64,000 nucleotides of DNA, from NCBI GenBank assembly GCA_031459915.1, contig JAVKHO010000003.1, positions 1 to 64,000 on the forward strand, in the 5' to 3' direction. Position 1 is the stretch's first letter. Every line of letters starts with the position of its first letter. Of the stretch, positions 27,090 to 37,513 are shown piece after piece. Both the position numbers and the translations under genes were made by a program. The notes under the pieces were generated by a model. It was not told where the DNA came from. It worked only from the letters and a program-made list of their open reading frames with translations, and made no database searches. This DNA is from Candidatus Tepidifontimicrobium thermophilum (GTDB taxonomy: Bacteria > Sysuimicrobiota > Sysuimicrobiia > Sysuimicrobiales > Sysuimicrobiaceae).

Positions 27090-29062
27090 TCGTCGAGATG
27101 AGCCGCGTGATCCTCCTGGGGCCCAAGCGGCTCCTGGGCGAGGTGACGGACGCGATCCAGCGGCTGGGACTGATGCACGTGGACCGCGTGGAGGCAGAAG
27201 AGGTGCCGCAGCTGCGGCCGGTGGAGCCGGGCAGCGAGGAGGAGGCCTTACAGCGACGGCTGGAGGCCCTGCTCGCACGCACCAAGGGACTGCTGGAGCT
27301 GCTGCCGCGGGTGGGGCCGGTGGAGATTCCCACCCTCGAGGATCGCAGCCTGGACGAGCTGGAGGCGTTGCTGGAACCCGTGGAGCGGGAGGCGCGCGAG
27401 CTGGTGCGCCAGCGGCGGGAGGCGGAGGAGGAGCTGGAGCTGGTGCGGTCGTACGAGGGAGCGGTCCGCGTGCTGTCCCCGCTGCTGGCGGCGCTTCGGG
27501 GGAGCCGCCACTTCGAGACGTACGGCTTCGTCCTGCGGGGCAAGGCGATGCCCGCGGTCACCGCGTTGCAGCGTGAACTGGAGCGGATCACCGGGGGGCG
27601 CGTGGAGGTGGTGGCCCGGCAGATTGACGAGAAGAACATCGGCGTGGTGGTGGCCTTCCACCGCCGGGATGGAGAGGCAGTTCGGTCCCTCCTGCAGCGG
27701 GCCGGGATCACGGAGCTCCGGCTGCCCGCCCGGTTCGCGGATCGCCCGGCTTCGGAGGCCCTGCAGGAGATGGCCCGGATGCGGGAGGAGCTCCCCCGAG
27801 TGGTGTCGGACTGCCAACGGCGCCTGGAGGCCCTCAGCCGGAGCGCCCGGGGAACCGTGCAGGCGGTGGAGGCGCGGCTGCGGGACGAGTTGGCCAAGCT
27901 AGAGGTCCTCCCGACCTTCGCCCAGTCCCGCTACGCGTTCGTCGTGCACGGCTGGGTGCCCACGAGGGAGATCCCGCGGCTGCGGGCGGCCCTCCGGCAG
28001 CGTTTCGGGGACCACGTGGTGGTGGTCGACAGTCCGGTGGACCCGCACGACCACGAGGAGGCCGCCCACGTCCCCGTAGCCCTGGAAAACGCTCCGCCGG
28101 TGCGGCCCTTTCAGCTCCTCCTCTCGATCTTCCGGCCGCCCCGGTACGGCACCTGGGACCCCAGTCCCCTGCTGGCGGTCACCTTTCCCCTGTTCGTGGG
28201 GCTGGTGATCGGTGACGTAGGCTACGGGGCTCTGTTCTTCGCCCTGGGGTGGTGGATGCGGAACCGCGCCCGGCAGGGCCAGCCGCTGGAGGTGAACCTC
28301 CTGAATCTACGCGTGGCCCCCGACACCCTGCAGGCGGTGTCGTGGATCGTCCGGGTGATCGCCTTCTGGGTGATGGTCTTCGGCGCGCTGTACGCGGAGG
28401 TGTTCGGGAACCTGCCGGAGCTGCTGTTCCGGGTCCACCCTCTGTTTGACCGGGTGCGGGCGCAGCGGGATCTGTACTTCCAGCTCATCGTGTTGCTCGG
28501 GATGGGGATGATCTACGGCGGGCTGCTGGGGCACCTGGCACAGGCCGTACGACACCGGAACCTCCGTGGGATCTTCGAGAGCGCGGTGATGGTGCTGACC
28601 CTGACGTGGGTGCTCCTGCTGCTCGGGGGGCTGTCGGGGCTCCTGCCGGCGGCGGTGGTCCCCGTGAGCTGGTCGTTCCTGTGGGCCGCGCTGGCGGTGT
28701 TCGGGTTGGGTCTGGCCTTTCGGGCGGCCAACCCCATGTGGTTCCTGGAGTCCGCCACCGCGTTCGGCCACGTCCTGAGCCATGCCCGGCTCATGGCCTT
28801 CGGGCTGGCGGCGGCGGCGCTCGCGACAGCCGCCAACGAACTGGGGCCCAGTATGGCGGAGACCTTCGGCCTGAGCGGCCTGGTGGGGACGGTGGTGGCG
28901 TCCCTGATCTCCGCCCTGGCCCAGGTCCTGTTCTTCGTGTTCACCATCGTGGGACACGTGATCCAGCCGGCGCGTCTGCACTGGGTGGAGTTCTTCACCA
29001 AGGTGAAGTACCACGAGGAGACCGGACAACCGTACCGACCATTCCAACGGACAGGGAGGTGA
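27086..29062 (+). CDS. atpI: V/A-type ATP synthase subunit I (a)
   Basis: P.YG..DP, GDVGYG, GHVLSHARLMA and RLHWVEFFTK motifs. Confidence 0.95.
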   Translation: MIVEMSRVILLGPKRLLGEVTDAIQRLGLMHVDRVEAEEVPQLRPVEPGSEEEALQRRLEALLARTKGLLELLPRVGPVEIPTLEDRSLDELEALLEPVEREARELVRQRREAEEELELVRSYEGAVRVLSPLLAALRGSRHFETYGFVLRGKAMPAVTALQRELERITGGRVEVVARQIDEKNIGVVVAFHRRDGEAVRSLLQRAGITELRLPARFADRPASEALQEMARMREELPRVVSDCQRRLEALSRSARGTVQAVEARLRDELAKLEVLPTFAQSRYAFVVHGWVPTREIPRLRAALRQRFGDHVVVVDSPVDPHDHEEAAHVPVALENAPPVRPFQLLLSIFRPPRYGTWDPSPLLAVTFPLFVGLVIGDVGYGALFFALGWWMRNRARQGQPLEVNLLNLRVAPDTLQAVSWIVRVIAFWVMVFGALYAEVFGNLPELLFRVHPLFDRVRAQRDLYFQLIVLLGMGMIYGGLLGHLAQAVRHRNLRGIFESAVMVLTLTWVLLLLGGLSGLLPAAVVPVSWSFLWAALAVFGLGLAFRAANPMWFLESATAFGHVLSHARLMAFGLAAAALATAANELGPSMAETFGLSGLVGTVVASLISALAQVLFFVFTIVGHVIQPARLHWVEFFTKVKYHEETGQPYRPFQRTGR

Positions 29063-29070
29063 ACGACAGG

Positions 29071-29397
29071 ATGCGTAACACCTGGTGGGTCGTGGTGCTG
29101 GCGGCACTGGTGGTGGCCGTGGCGGGGTTCCCCGCGCTGGCCGCGGAGGCTCCGGAGGCGGCCCCGCGGGCCGGGGATGGCGTGCGGGCCGGGCTGCTGG
29201 GAATCGCGGCCGCGCTGTCGGTGGCGTTCGGTGCTCTGGGAACCGCGTGGGCCCAGTCCCGGATCGGGGCCGCGGCAGCCGGAGCCATGGCGGAGCGTCC
29301 GGAGATCGGAGGCCTCATGCTGGTCTTCCTGGCCCTGCCGGAGACCATGATCATCCTGGGCTTCCTGGTGGCCTTCTTCCTGATCGGCCGCATCTAG
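29071..29397 (+). CDS. atpK: V/A-type ATP synthase proteolipid subunit K/L (c)
   Basis: AQSRIGAAAAGA...LPETM with the ion-binding Glu; signal-peptide-like N-terminal extension as in Thermus. Confidence 0.93.
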   Translation: MRNTWWVVVLAALVVAVAGFPALAAEAPEAAPRAGDGVRAGLLGIAAALSVAFGALGTAWAQSRIGAAAAGAMAERPEIGGLMLVFLALPETMIILGFLVAFFLIGRI

Positions 29398-29403
29398 CTC
29401 CCC

Positions 29404-29988
29404 ATGGCCTCGGAGTTGATCGACCTGCTCGAGCGTGAGGCGGAGGCGGAGCGACAGCGCCTGCTGAGCCAGGCGCGAGAGCAGGCGGAGGGGCTGCTCC
29501 GACAAGCGCAGGCGGAGGCCCAGGCGCTGCTGGAGGCGCAACGCCAGCGGGTGGCCGAGGCTGTAGAGGCCGCCCGGGTCCGGGCGCGGGGAGTTGCGCA
29601 GCTGCGCGCCGCCTCGAAGGTCCTGGAAGCGAAGGACGAACAGCTGCAGGAGGTGTTCCGCCGGGCGGCGGCGGAGCTGGAGCGAATCACTCAGGATCCG
29701 GCCCGCTACGAGTCGATCCTCCGGGGCCTGCTCCGTGAGGCGGCCGAAGGGTTCAACGGGCCCGTGGTGGTGGACTGCGCGGAGCGGGACGTCCGCGCGG
29801 TGGAGGCGGCCGCGCGGGAGCTTGGCCTGCACCTCGTGCGGGTGAACGCGGACCCGACCCTGAGAGGCGGGGTGCGGGTTTCCAGCGAGGACGGTCGGTT
29901 CGTGGTGGAGAACACCCTGCTTTCGCGCCTGCGCCGGGCCCAGCAGCTGTTGCTGGCCGACGTGGCGGCCATCCTCTGGGAGGAGTAG
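29404..29988 (+). CDS. atpE: V/A-type ATP synthase subunit E
   Basis: Coiled-coil N-terminus; GGVRV...GR..VENTL..RL. Confidence 0.92.
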   Translation: MASELIDLLEREAEAERQRLLSQAREQAEGLLRQAQAEAQALLEAQRQRVAEAVEAARVRARGVAQLRAASKVLEAKDEQLQEVFRRAAAELERITQDPARYESILRGLLREAAEGFNGPVVVDCAERDVRAVEAAARELGLHLVRVNADPTLRGGVRVSSEDGRFVVENTLLSRLRRAQQLLLADVAAILWEE

Positions 29989-31017
29989 GTGCCGGCGGAC
30001 TTCGGGTACATCAACGCCCGGGTGAAGGGGATGCGCTCCCGGCTCCTTCCGCCCGGGAGGCTGGAGGAGCTCCTGGGCCTTCCGGACCTGGACGCGTTCC
30101 TCCAGGCCCTGGTCCACACGCCCTACGGACCTGAGCTGCAGGAGGCCCTGACCCGGTACCAGGGGTTGCGGGCGGTGGACGAAGCGCTGGCGCGGGCCTT
30201 CCAGAAGGCCGCGCGGCGGGTGCTGTCCTTCGCGGACGGCAAGCCGCGGACCCTAATCCAGGTGCTGCTGATGCAGTGGGACGTGCACAACCTCCGGGCG
30301 GTCCTGCGGGCCAAGCACGCGGGATACCCCCCGGAGGCGGTGGAGCCTACCCTGGTGCCCGCGGCGGAACTTTCAGACGTCCGGCTGCGGGAGCTGTTGC
30401 AGCAGCCGGATGTACCCGCGGTGCTGGCCACCCTGGCCACGTGGGCTCACCCTCTGGCGGAGGCCCTGACGGCGGCGCTGGCGGAGTACTACGCCTCCAA
30501 GGATCTCCTGGTCCTGGAGCTGGCCCTGGATCGGGCGTACTACACCTGGGCCCTGCAGGCCGCGCGAGGGCGTGGGTACGACGCGTCGCGGGTCGCGGAG
30601 CTGGTGCGCACCCAGCTGGACTTCACCAATGTGAAGACCGCCTTCAAACTCCAGCAGCTCCCGGACCTGACCCCGGAGCAGCGGGAGCAGTTCTTCCTGG
30701 AAGGTGGGGCGGTGGTCACCCGAGAGGTGTTCCGTAACCTGGCGGATCCGCGGACCGCGGAGGTGGGGATCCGGGAGATCCGGGCCCGGGGCATCCAACC
30801 GGAGGGGCGTACCCCGGCGGAGGTGGAGCGGTGGCTGGAGCACGAGGCCATCCGGCGGATGGCGGACCTGTACCTGGGTGACCCTCTGGGCGTGGACGTG
30901 GTGGTGGGCTACCTGACCCTGCTGGCCAACGAGGTGCGCAACCTGCGGCTGATCGCACGCAGCAAGGCCGTGGGGATCCCGCGGGACCTGGTCCGCAGGG
31001 AGATGGCGCTGGTGTAG
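29989..31017 (+). CDS. atpC: V/A-type ATP synthase subunit C (d)
   Basis: FGYINARVKGMRSRLL and EVRNLRLIAR motifs. Confidence 0.93.
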   Translation: MPADFGYINARVKGMRSRLLPPGRLEELLGLPDLDAFLQALVHTPYGPELQEALTRYQGLRAVDEALARAFQKAARRVLSFADGKPRTLIQVLLMQWDVHNLRAVLRAKHAGYPPEAVEPTLVPAAELSDVRLRELLQQPDVPAVLATLATWAHPLAEALTAALAEYYASKDLLVLELALDRAYYTWALQAARGRGYDASRVAELVRTQLDFTNVKTAFKLQQLPDLTPEQREQFFLEGGAVVTREVFRNLADPRTAEVGIREIRARGIQPEGRTPAEVERWLEHEAIRRMADLYLGDPLGVDVVVGYLTLLANEVRNLRLIARSKAVGIPRDLVRREMALV

Positions 31018-31020
31018 GCG

Positions 31021-31341
31021 ATGGCGTACCGGGTGGCGGTGATCACGGACGCGGAGACGGCCACGGGGTTCCGCCTGGCGGGGGCGGACGTGTTTGAGGC
31101 GGAGGAGCCCCGGCACGCGGTGGCGGTGCTCCGAGACCTGGTGCGGGGGGACTACGGACTGGTAGCGGTGAACGAGGCCTTGCTAGAGGGGGTGGAGGGG
31201 GATGTCGCTCGGGTCCTGCGGGGGCGAGACCTGCCCGTAGTGGTCCCGTTCCCGGCAGCGCGGGCCCGGCTGGAGTCCGGCGAGGACTACATCGCCCGGC
31301 TGGTGAAAGAGCACATTGGGTTCTACGTGAAGCTGCGGTGA
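31021..31341 (+). CDS. atpF: V/A-type ATP synthase subunit F
   Basis: AVITD.ETATGFRLAG; IGF C-terminus. Confidence 0.93.
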   Translation: MAYRVAVITDAETATGFRLAGADVFEAEEPRHAVAVLRDLVRGDYGLVAVNEALLEGVEGDVARVLRGRDLPVVVPFPAARARLESGEDYIARLVKEHIGFYVKLR

Positions 31342-31368
31342 AGGAGGTCGAGGAAGGAGGCGGTGGCC

Positions 31369-33117
31369 ATGCAGGGCGAGATCGTGAAGATCGCGGGTCC
31401 GGCGGTGATCGCCCGCGGGATGCGGGGGGCCCGGATGTACGACATCGTCCGCGTCGGCAACGAGCGGCTGGTGGGAGAGATCATCCGGCTCAGCGGGGAC
31501 ACCGCCTTCATCCAGGTGTACGAGGACACTTCGGGCCTCCTGGTGGGCGAGCCGGTGGAGAGCACCGGTCTGCCCCTTGCGGTGGAGCTGGGGCCGGGGC
31601 TGCTGAGCAACATCTTCGATGGGATCCAGCGGCCGCTGCCCGCGGTTCGCAGCCAGCAGGGCGACTTCATCCGCAGGGGCGCGGTGGCTCCGGCGCTGGA
31701 CCGACAGCGGCGTTGGGCATTCCGACCCACCGTTCCCGTGGGTCAGGAGGTGGGCCCTGGGGACGTGATTGGGGAGGTGCAGGAGTTCGGCTTCGCGCAC
31801 CGCATCCTGGTCCCGCCCGACGCGCGGCCCTCCCGGGTGGCGGAGATCCGGGAGGGGGAGTTCACCGTGACGGACGTGGTGGCCCGCCTGGAGGATGGAC
31901 GGGAGCTCCGGCTGATGCACACCTGGCCCGTGCGGCTGGCGCGGCCCGAAGCCCGGCGGCTGGATCCCCGGGAACCCCTGGTCACCGGACAGCGGATCAT
32001 CGACGTACTGTTCCCCGTGGCCATGGGGGGGACGGCAGCCATTCCCGGCCCCTTCGGGAGCGGGAAGACCGTGATGCAGCAGACCCTAGCCAAGTGGGCA
32101 GACGCGGACGTGATCATCTACGTCGGCTGCGGGGAGCGCGGCAACGAGATGACCCACGTCCTGGACGAGTTCCCGGAGCTGGAGGACCCCCGCACGGGTC
32201 GACCCCTGATGGAGCGGACCATCATCATCGCCAACACGAGCAACATGCCCGTGGCCGCCCGGGAGGCGAGCGTGTACACGGGGATCACCATGGCCGAGTA
32301 CTGGCGGGACCAGGGGTACAAGGTCGCCCTGATGGCGGACTCCACCAGCCGGTGGGCGGAGGCCATGCGGGAGATCTCCAGCCGGTTGGAGGAGATGCCC
32401 GCGGAGGAAGGTTACCCGCCCTACCTGTCCAGCCGCCTGGCGGCTTTCTACGAGCGGGCGGGCCGGGTGGTGTGCCTGGGCCGGCCGGAGCGGCGCGGCG
32501 CCATCACCGTCATCGGGGCGGTCTCGCCTCCCGGCGGAGACCTTTCCGAGCCCGTCACCCAGGCGACCCTTCGGATCGTGGGCACCTTCTGGTCCCTGGA
32601 CGCGGCGCTCGCGAACCGGCGCCACTTCCCTTCGATCCACTGGCTGCGGTCCTACAGCCTGTACACGCCCCTGTTCCGGGAGTGGTACCGGCAGAACCTG
32701 CCGGAGGACTTCGAGGCGCTGCGGGAGCGGGCCTCCGCCCTGCTCCAGAAGGAGGCCGAGCTGCAGGAGATCGTGCAGCTGGTGGGGCCGGACGCCCTGC
32801 AGGACGACCAGCGCCTGGTCATCGAGGCGGGCAAGATGCTCCGGGAGGACTTCCTCCAGCAGTCCGCCTTCTCCGAGGTGGACGCGTACTGCCCGCCCAT
32901 CAAGTCGTACGGGATCCTGAAGGCGATCCTGAGCTTCTACGACGAGGCGAGTGCGGCGTTGCGGCGGGGCGTCCCCATGGACGACATCCTGAACCTGCCG
33001 CAGATCCAGGAGATCGCGCGGATGAAGGAGGTGCCCGCGGACCGGTTCCCCGCCTACACCGAAGAGTTCCTCCGCAGGATGGGGGAAGCGTTCCGGGAGC
33101 CCGCGGGCGCGCGCTGA
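31369..33117 (+). CDS. atpA: V/A-type ATP synthase subunit A (catalytic)
   Basis: [18 protein letters not shown] and [10 protein letters not shown] motifs; no intein seen. Confidence 0.97.
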   Translation: MQGEIVKIAGPAVIARGMRGARMYDIVRVGNERLVGEIIRLSGDTAFIQVYEDTSGLLVGEPVESTGLPLAVELGPGLLSNIFDGIQRPLPAVRSQQGDFIRRGAVAPALDRQRRWAFRPTVPVGQEVGPGDVIGEVQEFGFAHRILVPPDARPSRVAEIREGEFTVTDVVARLEDGRELRLMHTWPVRLARPEARRLDPREPLVTGQRIIDVLFPVAMGGTAAIPGPFGSGKTVMQQTLAKWADADVIIYVGCGERGNEMTHVLDEFPELEDPRTGRPLMERTIIIANTSNMPVAAREASVYTGITMAEYWRDQGYKVALMADSTSRWAEAMREISSRLEEMPAEEGYPPYLSSRLAAFYERAGRVVCLGRPERRGAITVIGAVSPPGGDLSEPVTQATLRIVGTFWSLDAALANRRHFPSIHWLRSYSLYTPLFREWYRQNLPEDFEALRERASALLQKEAELQEIVQLVGPDALQDDQRLVIEAGKMLREDFLQQSAFSEVDAYCPPIKSYGILKAILSFYDEASAALRRGVPMDDILNLPQIQEIARMKEVPADRFPAYTEEFLRRMGEAFREPAGAR

Positions 33118-33136
33118 GTCGAGGAGGCGAACGGCC

Positions 33137-34561
33137 ATGGAACTGGCGACCAAACGTTACCAGTCCATCTCGTACATCTCCGGCCCACTGCTGTTCGTGG
33201 AAGGGGCGCAGGACCTGGCGTACGGGGCCATCGTGAACATCCACCTGCCCGACGGCAGCGTCCGGGGCGGGCAGGTTATCGAGGTGTCCCGGCAGCACGC
33301 GGTCATCCAGGTGTTCGAGGAGACCACAGGCCTGGATGTGGCCCGGACCTCGGTGAGCCTGCGGGAGGACGTGGCCCGCTTCGGGGTGAGCCCGGAGATC
33401 ATCGGCCGGAGGTTCAACGGGCGCGGGGAGCCCATTGACGGGCTGCCGCCCATCATCCCGGAGAAGCGCCTGCCCATCATCGGGTCTCCCATCAACCCCG
33501 TGGCCCGACAGCGGCCCCAGGAGTTCATCCAGACGGGGATCAGCAGCATCGACGGCCTGAACACCCTGGTGCGGGGCCAGAAGCTACCCATCTTCTCGGG
33601 GGCGGGCCTGCCCCACAACGAGATCGCAGCGCAGATCGCCCGGCAGGCGAAGGTCCTGGGGGAGGCGGAGGAGTTCGCGGTGGTGTTCGCCGCCATGGGG
33701 ATCACCCAGCGGGAGGCGGCGTACTTCATCGAGCAGTTCGAGGCCACGGGGGCCCTGTCGCGCAGCGTGGTGTTCCTGAACCTGGCCGACGACCCTACCA
33801 TCGAGCGCCTCATGACCCCCCGGCTGGCGCTGACCACCGCGGAGTACATGGCCTTCGAGCTGGACAAGCAGGTCCTGGTGATCCTGACCGACATGACCAA
33901 CTATTGCGAGAGCCTCCGGGAGATCGGCGCCGCGCGGGAGGAGATCCCCGGGCGGCGCGGGTACCCCGGCTACATGTATACGGACCTCGCGACCATCTAC
34001 GAGCGGGCGGGTCGGATCCAGGGACGGAAGGGGTCGGTGACCCAGCTCCCGATCCTGACCATGCCCGACGACGACATCACCCACCCCATCCCCGACCTGA
34101 CGGGCTACATCACCGAGGGACAGATCGTGCTGAGCCGGGCCCTGCACCGGCAGGGGATCTACCCGCCCATCAACCCACTCCCGAGCCTGTCCCGGTTGAT
34201 GAACGACGGCATCGGCCCGGGCCGGACGCGGGAGGACCACGCGGGGCTGAAGGACCAGCTGTTCAGCGCGTACGCCAACGGGGTGGACCTCCGGCGGCTG
34301 GTGGCCATCATCGGGGAGGAGGCCCTGACGGAGCGGGACCGGCTGTACCTGCGCTTCGCGGAGGCCTTCGAACGGGAGTTCCTCAACCAGGGCAACACGG
34401 AGCGGAGCATCGAGGAGACCCTGAACCTGGGCTGGAAGCTCCTGTCGCTGCTCCCCAGGGCGGAGCTGAAGCGTGTGAAGCAGGACCACGTGGAGAAGTA
34501 CTACTTCGGCGAAGCCGTAGAGCAGCTGTGGGCGGAGGAGGAGCGCCTGTCCCGGCGCTAG
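33137..34561 (+). CDS. atpB: V/A-type ATP synthase subunit B
   Basis: [23 protein letters not shown] and [15 protein letters not shown] motifs. Confidence 0.97.
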   Translation: MELATKRYQSISYISGPLLFVEGAQDLAYGAIVNIHLPDGSVRGGQVIEVSRQHAVIQVFEETTGLDVARTSVSLREDVARFGVSPEIIGRRFNGRGEPIDGLPPIIPEKRLPIIGSPINPVARQRPQEFIQTGISSIDGLNTLVRGQKLPIFSGAGLPHNEIAAQIARQAKVLGEAEEFAVVFAAMGITQREAAYFIEQFEATGALSRSVVFLNLADDPTIERLMTPRLALTTAEYMAFELDKQVLVILTDMTNYCESLREIGAAREEIPGRRGYPGYMYTDLATIYERAGRIQGRKGSVTQLPILTMPDDDITHPIPDLTGYITEGQIVLSRALHRQGIYPPINPLPSLSRLMNDGIGPGRTREDHAGLKDQLFSAYANGVDLRRLVAIIGEEALTERDRLYLRFAEAFEREFLNQGNTERSIEETLNLGWKLLSLLPRAELKRVKQDHVEKYYFGEAVEQLWAEEERLSRR

Positions 34562-34594
34562 GCGCGCCGGCGTAGAGCCAAGGGGGCCGTCGCC

Positions 34595-35230
34595 ATGCCG
34601 GAACTCGTCAGCCCCACCCGGATGAACCTCCTGCAGCGGAAGAACCAGCTGCGCGTGGCGCAGCAGGGGGTGGACCTGCTCAAGCGGAAGCGGGACGCCC
34701 TGGTGTCGGAGTTCTTCCAGGTGGTGCGTCAGGCCCTGGAGGCCCGGGAGCGGCTGAACACAGTCTCCGAGAAGGCCTACGTGATCCTGAGCCTGGCGAA
34801 GGCGGTGGACGGACGTCAGGCCCTGGAGGCCGCCGCCCTAACGGAACGGCGGCCCGTGATGGTGGACATAGAAATCCGCAACATCTGGGGCATCAAGGTG
34901 CCCGAGGTGCGCAGCCAGCGCGTCCGCCGGTCGTTCCTGGAGCGGGGCCTGAGCCCTACCGCCACCAGCGTGCGGACCCTCGAGAGCCAGGAGGCTTTCG
35001 AGGAGGTGCTGAACGCCATTCTAGAGGTGGCGAGCACCGAGCTGCGGCTGCGCAAGATCGGGGAGGAGATCAAGAAGACCACCCGTCGGGTGAACGCCCT
35101 CGAGCAGGTGGTGATCCCCAGGATCCGGGCGGAGATCCGGTACATCAACGACGTGCTGGAGCAGCGGGCCCGGGAGGATGTGTTCCGGCTCAAGAGGATC
35201 AAGAAGAAGCTGGAGGCACGCCAGGCCTGA
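34595..35230 (+). CDS. atpD: V/A-type ATP synthase subunit D
   Basis: PTRMNL, LLKRKRDAL and TTRRVNALE motifs. Confidence 0.96.
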   Translation: MPELVSPTRMNLLQRKNQLRVAQQGVDLLKRKRDALVSEFFQVVRQALEARERLNTVSEKAYVILSLAKAVDGRQALEAAALTERRPVMVDIEIRNIWGIKVPEVRSQRVRRSFLERGLSPTATSVRTLESQEAFEEVLNAILEVASTELRLRKIGEEIKKTTRRVNALEQVVIPRIRAEIRYINDVLEQRAREDVFRLKRIKKKLEARQA

Positions 35231-35260
35231 GGGCCCGGGCGCAGCCGCTATACTAGAGGC

Positions 35261-36031
35261 GTGCCGACCCGCAGCGAACCCAGGGGAGGACGCCCAGGGT
35301 GGCCTGAGGGCGTGCGGCGGACGCGGCTCCAGCTGGTCCTCACGGCAGCCCTCCTGGCCGCCGGGCTGCTGGTGACCTGGCAGCTCAAGGCGGAGCGGTC
35401 CATCCGCGCGAGCCTTCGGATCCCCTCCCAGCGGCTCGAGGAGCTGGCGTTCCTCCTCCAGGAGCAAAGCCGCCACAGGGAGCGCCTGGAGGACGAGATC
35501 GCCAGCTTGCGGGCGCAGCTGGCCCGTTACGAGGAAGCGGCCACCCGCAACCAGGGGGCGCAGCGGGAGCTGCGGCGCCGGCTAGAGGCGCTGAGGCTGG
35601 CTGCCGGGGTGGAGGCCCTGCGGGGCCCCGGCGTGGTGGTGGAGCTCCGGGACAGTCCCCAGCGCCTGCAGCCGGGCGACGACCCCAACCTGGTCCTGAT
35701 CCACTACACCGACGTCCAGGCCGTGGTGGCAACCCTTTGGGCAGCGGGGGCGGAGGCGGTAGCCATCAACGGCGAACGGGTGGTTTCCACCACGGGTCTG
35801 AGCTGTGTGGGGACCACGATCCTGTGTAACGCGAGGCGGCTGGCACCGCCCTACGTGATCGTGGCCCTGGGCGATCCTGAGGCCCTGCTCACAGCCCTGG
35901 AGGCCGAGGACAGCCCCCTGGCTACCCTGCGGGCGTTCCAGTTCCCCGTGCGGGTGACCCGGTCCACGGACCTGCGGGTACCCGCGTACCGGGGCGGCTT
36001 CCAGTTCCGGTTTGCGCGGGCGGACCGCTGA
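35261..36031 (+). CDS. DUF881 family protein (YlxW/YlxX-like)
   Basis: TM plus coiled coil, then GPGVVVEL.D, AGAEAVAING.R and PPYVI.A.GDP. TATACT at 35249-35254. Start 35261 or 35312. Confidence 0.85.
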   Translation: MPTRSEPRGGRPGWPEGVRRTRLQLVLTAALLAAGLLVTWQLKAERSIRASLRIPSQRLEELAFLLQEQSRHRERLEDEIASLRAQLARYEEAATRNQGAQRELRRRLEALRLAAGVEALRGPGVVVELRDSPQRLQPGDDPNLVLIHYTDVQAVVATLWAAGAEAVAINGERVVSTTGLSCVGTTILCNARRLAPPYVIVALGDPEALLTALEAEDSPLATLRAFQFPVRVTRSTDLRVPAYRGGFQFRFARADR

Positions 36032-36068
36032 GCCTGAGTTTCAGGGCGAACGGAGGGAGGGGTCGTGG

Positions 36069-36449
36069 ATGTGGCTTCCGTTAGGGGGGCTAGCGGCGGG
36101 GGTGCTGCTGGGCCTGCTGGTGGGCGTGGAGATCCCCCTGGGCTTAGTGAAGTACACCGCCATCGCGGTGCTGGCGGCTTTGGACACCCTCCTGGGAGGG
36201 CTGCGGGCGCAGCTCGAGGGACGGTTCGACCTGGTGGTGTTCACGAGCGGCTTTGTGGTGAACACCTCCTTCGCGGCCCTCCTGACCGCCATCGGAGACC
36301 TGCTCGGCGTGGACGTGTACCTGGGGGCGGTGATCGTGTTCAGCATGCGGATCTTCAACAACGTGAGCTTCATCCGCCGGGACCTCCTCCGGGGGTTCAC
36401 GCGGGAGCCCGTGACGGTGCGCGGTACCGGAGCATCCGAAGGGAGGTGA
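36069..36449 (+). CDS. sbp: Small basic protein Sbp (DUF1290)
   Basis: YTAIAVLAALDTLLGGLRA, F.SGF..N, GD.LGVD.Y and RIFNN...IRR motifs. Confidence 0.88.
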   Translation: MWLPLGGLAAGVLLGLLVGVEIPLGLVKYTAIAVLAALDTLLGGLRAQLEGRFDLVVFTSGFVVNTSFAALLTAIGDLLGVDVYLGAVIVFSMRIFNNVSFIRRDLLRGFTREPVTVRGTGASEGR

Positions 36450-36453
36450 AACC

Positions 36454-37467
36454 ATGACCGTGCGGGTGGGGATCAATGGGTTCGGCCGGATCGGCCGGCA
36501 GGTCCTGAGGGCCATGCTTCAGAGGTGCCCGGACACCCTAGAGGTGGTGGCGATCAACGACTTGGTGGACGCCCAGATGAACGCGTACCTGTTCAAGTAC
36601 GACACCAACTACGGCGTGTACCCGGGGACCGTGGAGGTCCGGGATGGGGAGATCGCCATCGATGGGCACCCCATCCGGGTGTTCGCGGAGCGCGACCCGG
36701 GGAGGATCCCGTGGCGGGAGGTGGGCGTGGAGCTCGTGGTGGAGTCCACCGGGCTGTTCACCGACGCCCAGAAGGCGCGGGCGCACCTGGACGCCGGCGC
36801 GAAGCGGGTGATCATCTCCGCCCCGGCCAAGAACGAGGACCTCACCGTCGTGCTGGGGGTGAACGAGGACCGCTACGACCCCGCCCGCCACCGGATCGTA
36901 TCCAACGCATCGTGCACCACCAACGGACTGGCGCCGGTGGCGCGGGTTCTGCACGAGGAGTTCGGCATCGAGAAGGGAATCCTCACCACGGTGCACGCGT
37001 ACACCAACTCCCAGCGGCTGCTGGATGTGGCCGCCAAGGACCCCCGGGACGCACGCGCTGCGGCCATGAACATCGTCCCGTCGGAAACGGGGGCTGCCCG
37101 GGCCGTCGGGCTGGTGATCCCCGAGCTCCAGGGGAAGTTCACGGGGATGGCCTTCCGGGTGCCCGTGTCCACGGTCTCCGTCATCGACTTCACTGTGCTC
37201 CTGCGGCGCCAGGTGACGCGGGAGGAGGTAAACGGCGCCGTCCGCCGGTGGGCGGAGGAACGGATCCCAGAAATCCTCGGCTACACAGAGGAACCCCTCG
37301 TGAGCAGCGACCTGAAGGGGGACTCCCGGTCGTCCATCTTCAGCGGTCTGGACACCCTGGTGGTGGGCGGCAACCTGGTGAAGGTGGTGTCCTGGTACGA
37401 CAACGAGTGGGGCTACGCCTGCCGCGTGGCGGACCTGGCTCGGTACATGGCGGAGCGCGGGGTGTAG
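36454..37467 (+). CDS. gap: Glyceraldehyde-3-phosphate dehydrogenase, type I
   Basis: GINGFGRIGR, SNASCTTN and WYDNEWGY motifs. Confidence 0.97.
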   Translation: MTVRVGINGFGRIGRQVLRAMLQRCPDTLEVVAINDLVDAQMNAYLFKYDTNYGVYPGTVEVRDGEIAIDGHPIRVFAERDPGRIPWREVGVELVVESTGLFTDAQKARAHLDAGAKRVIISAPAKNEDLTVVLGVNEDRYDPARHRIVSNASCTTNGLAPVARVLHEEFGIEKGILTTVHAYTNSQRLLDVAAKDPRDARAAAMNIVPSETGAARAVGLVIPELQGKFTGMAFRVPVSTVSVIDFTVLLRRQVTREEVNGAVRRWAEERIPEILGYTEEPLVSSDLKGDSRSSIFSGLDTLVVGGNLVKVVSWYDNEWGYACRVADLARYMAERGV

Positions 37468-37513
37468 GGGCCGGGGCCGGGCCCCGGCCGCTGGCTGGCG
37501 GAGAGGCTGCGGG

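Noticed and set aside
29240..29360. Na+-coupling suggested by Q...ET in the proteolipid
   Set aside because: The H+-coupled Thermus proteolipid has the same AQ.RIG...LPET pattern, so it is not diagnostic.
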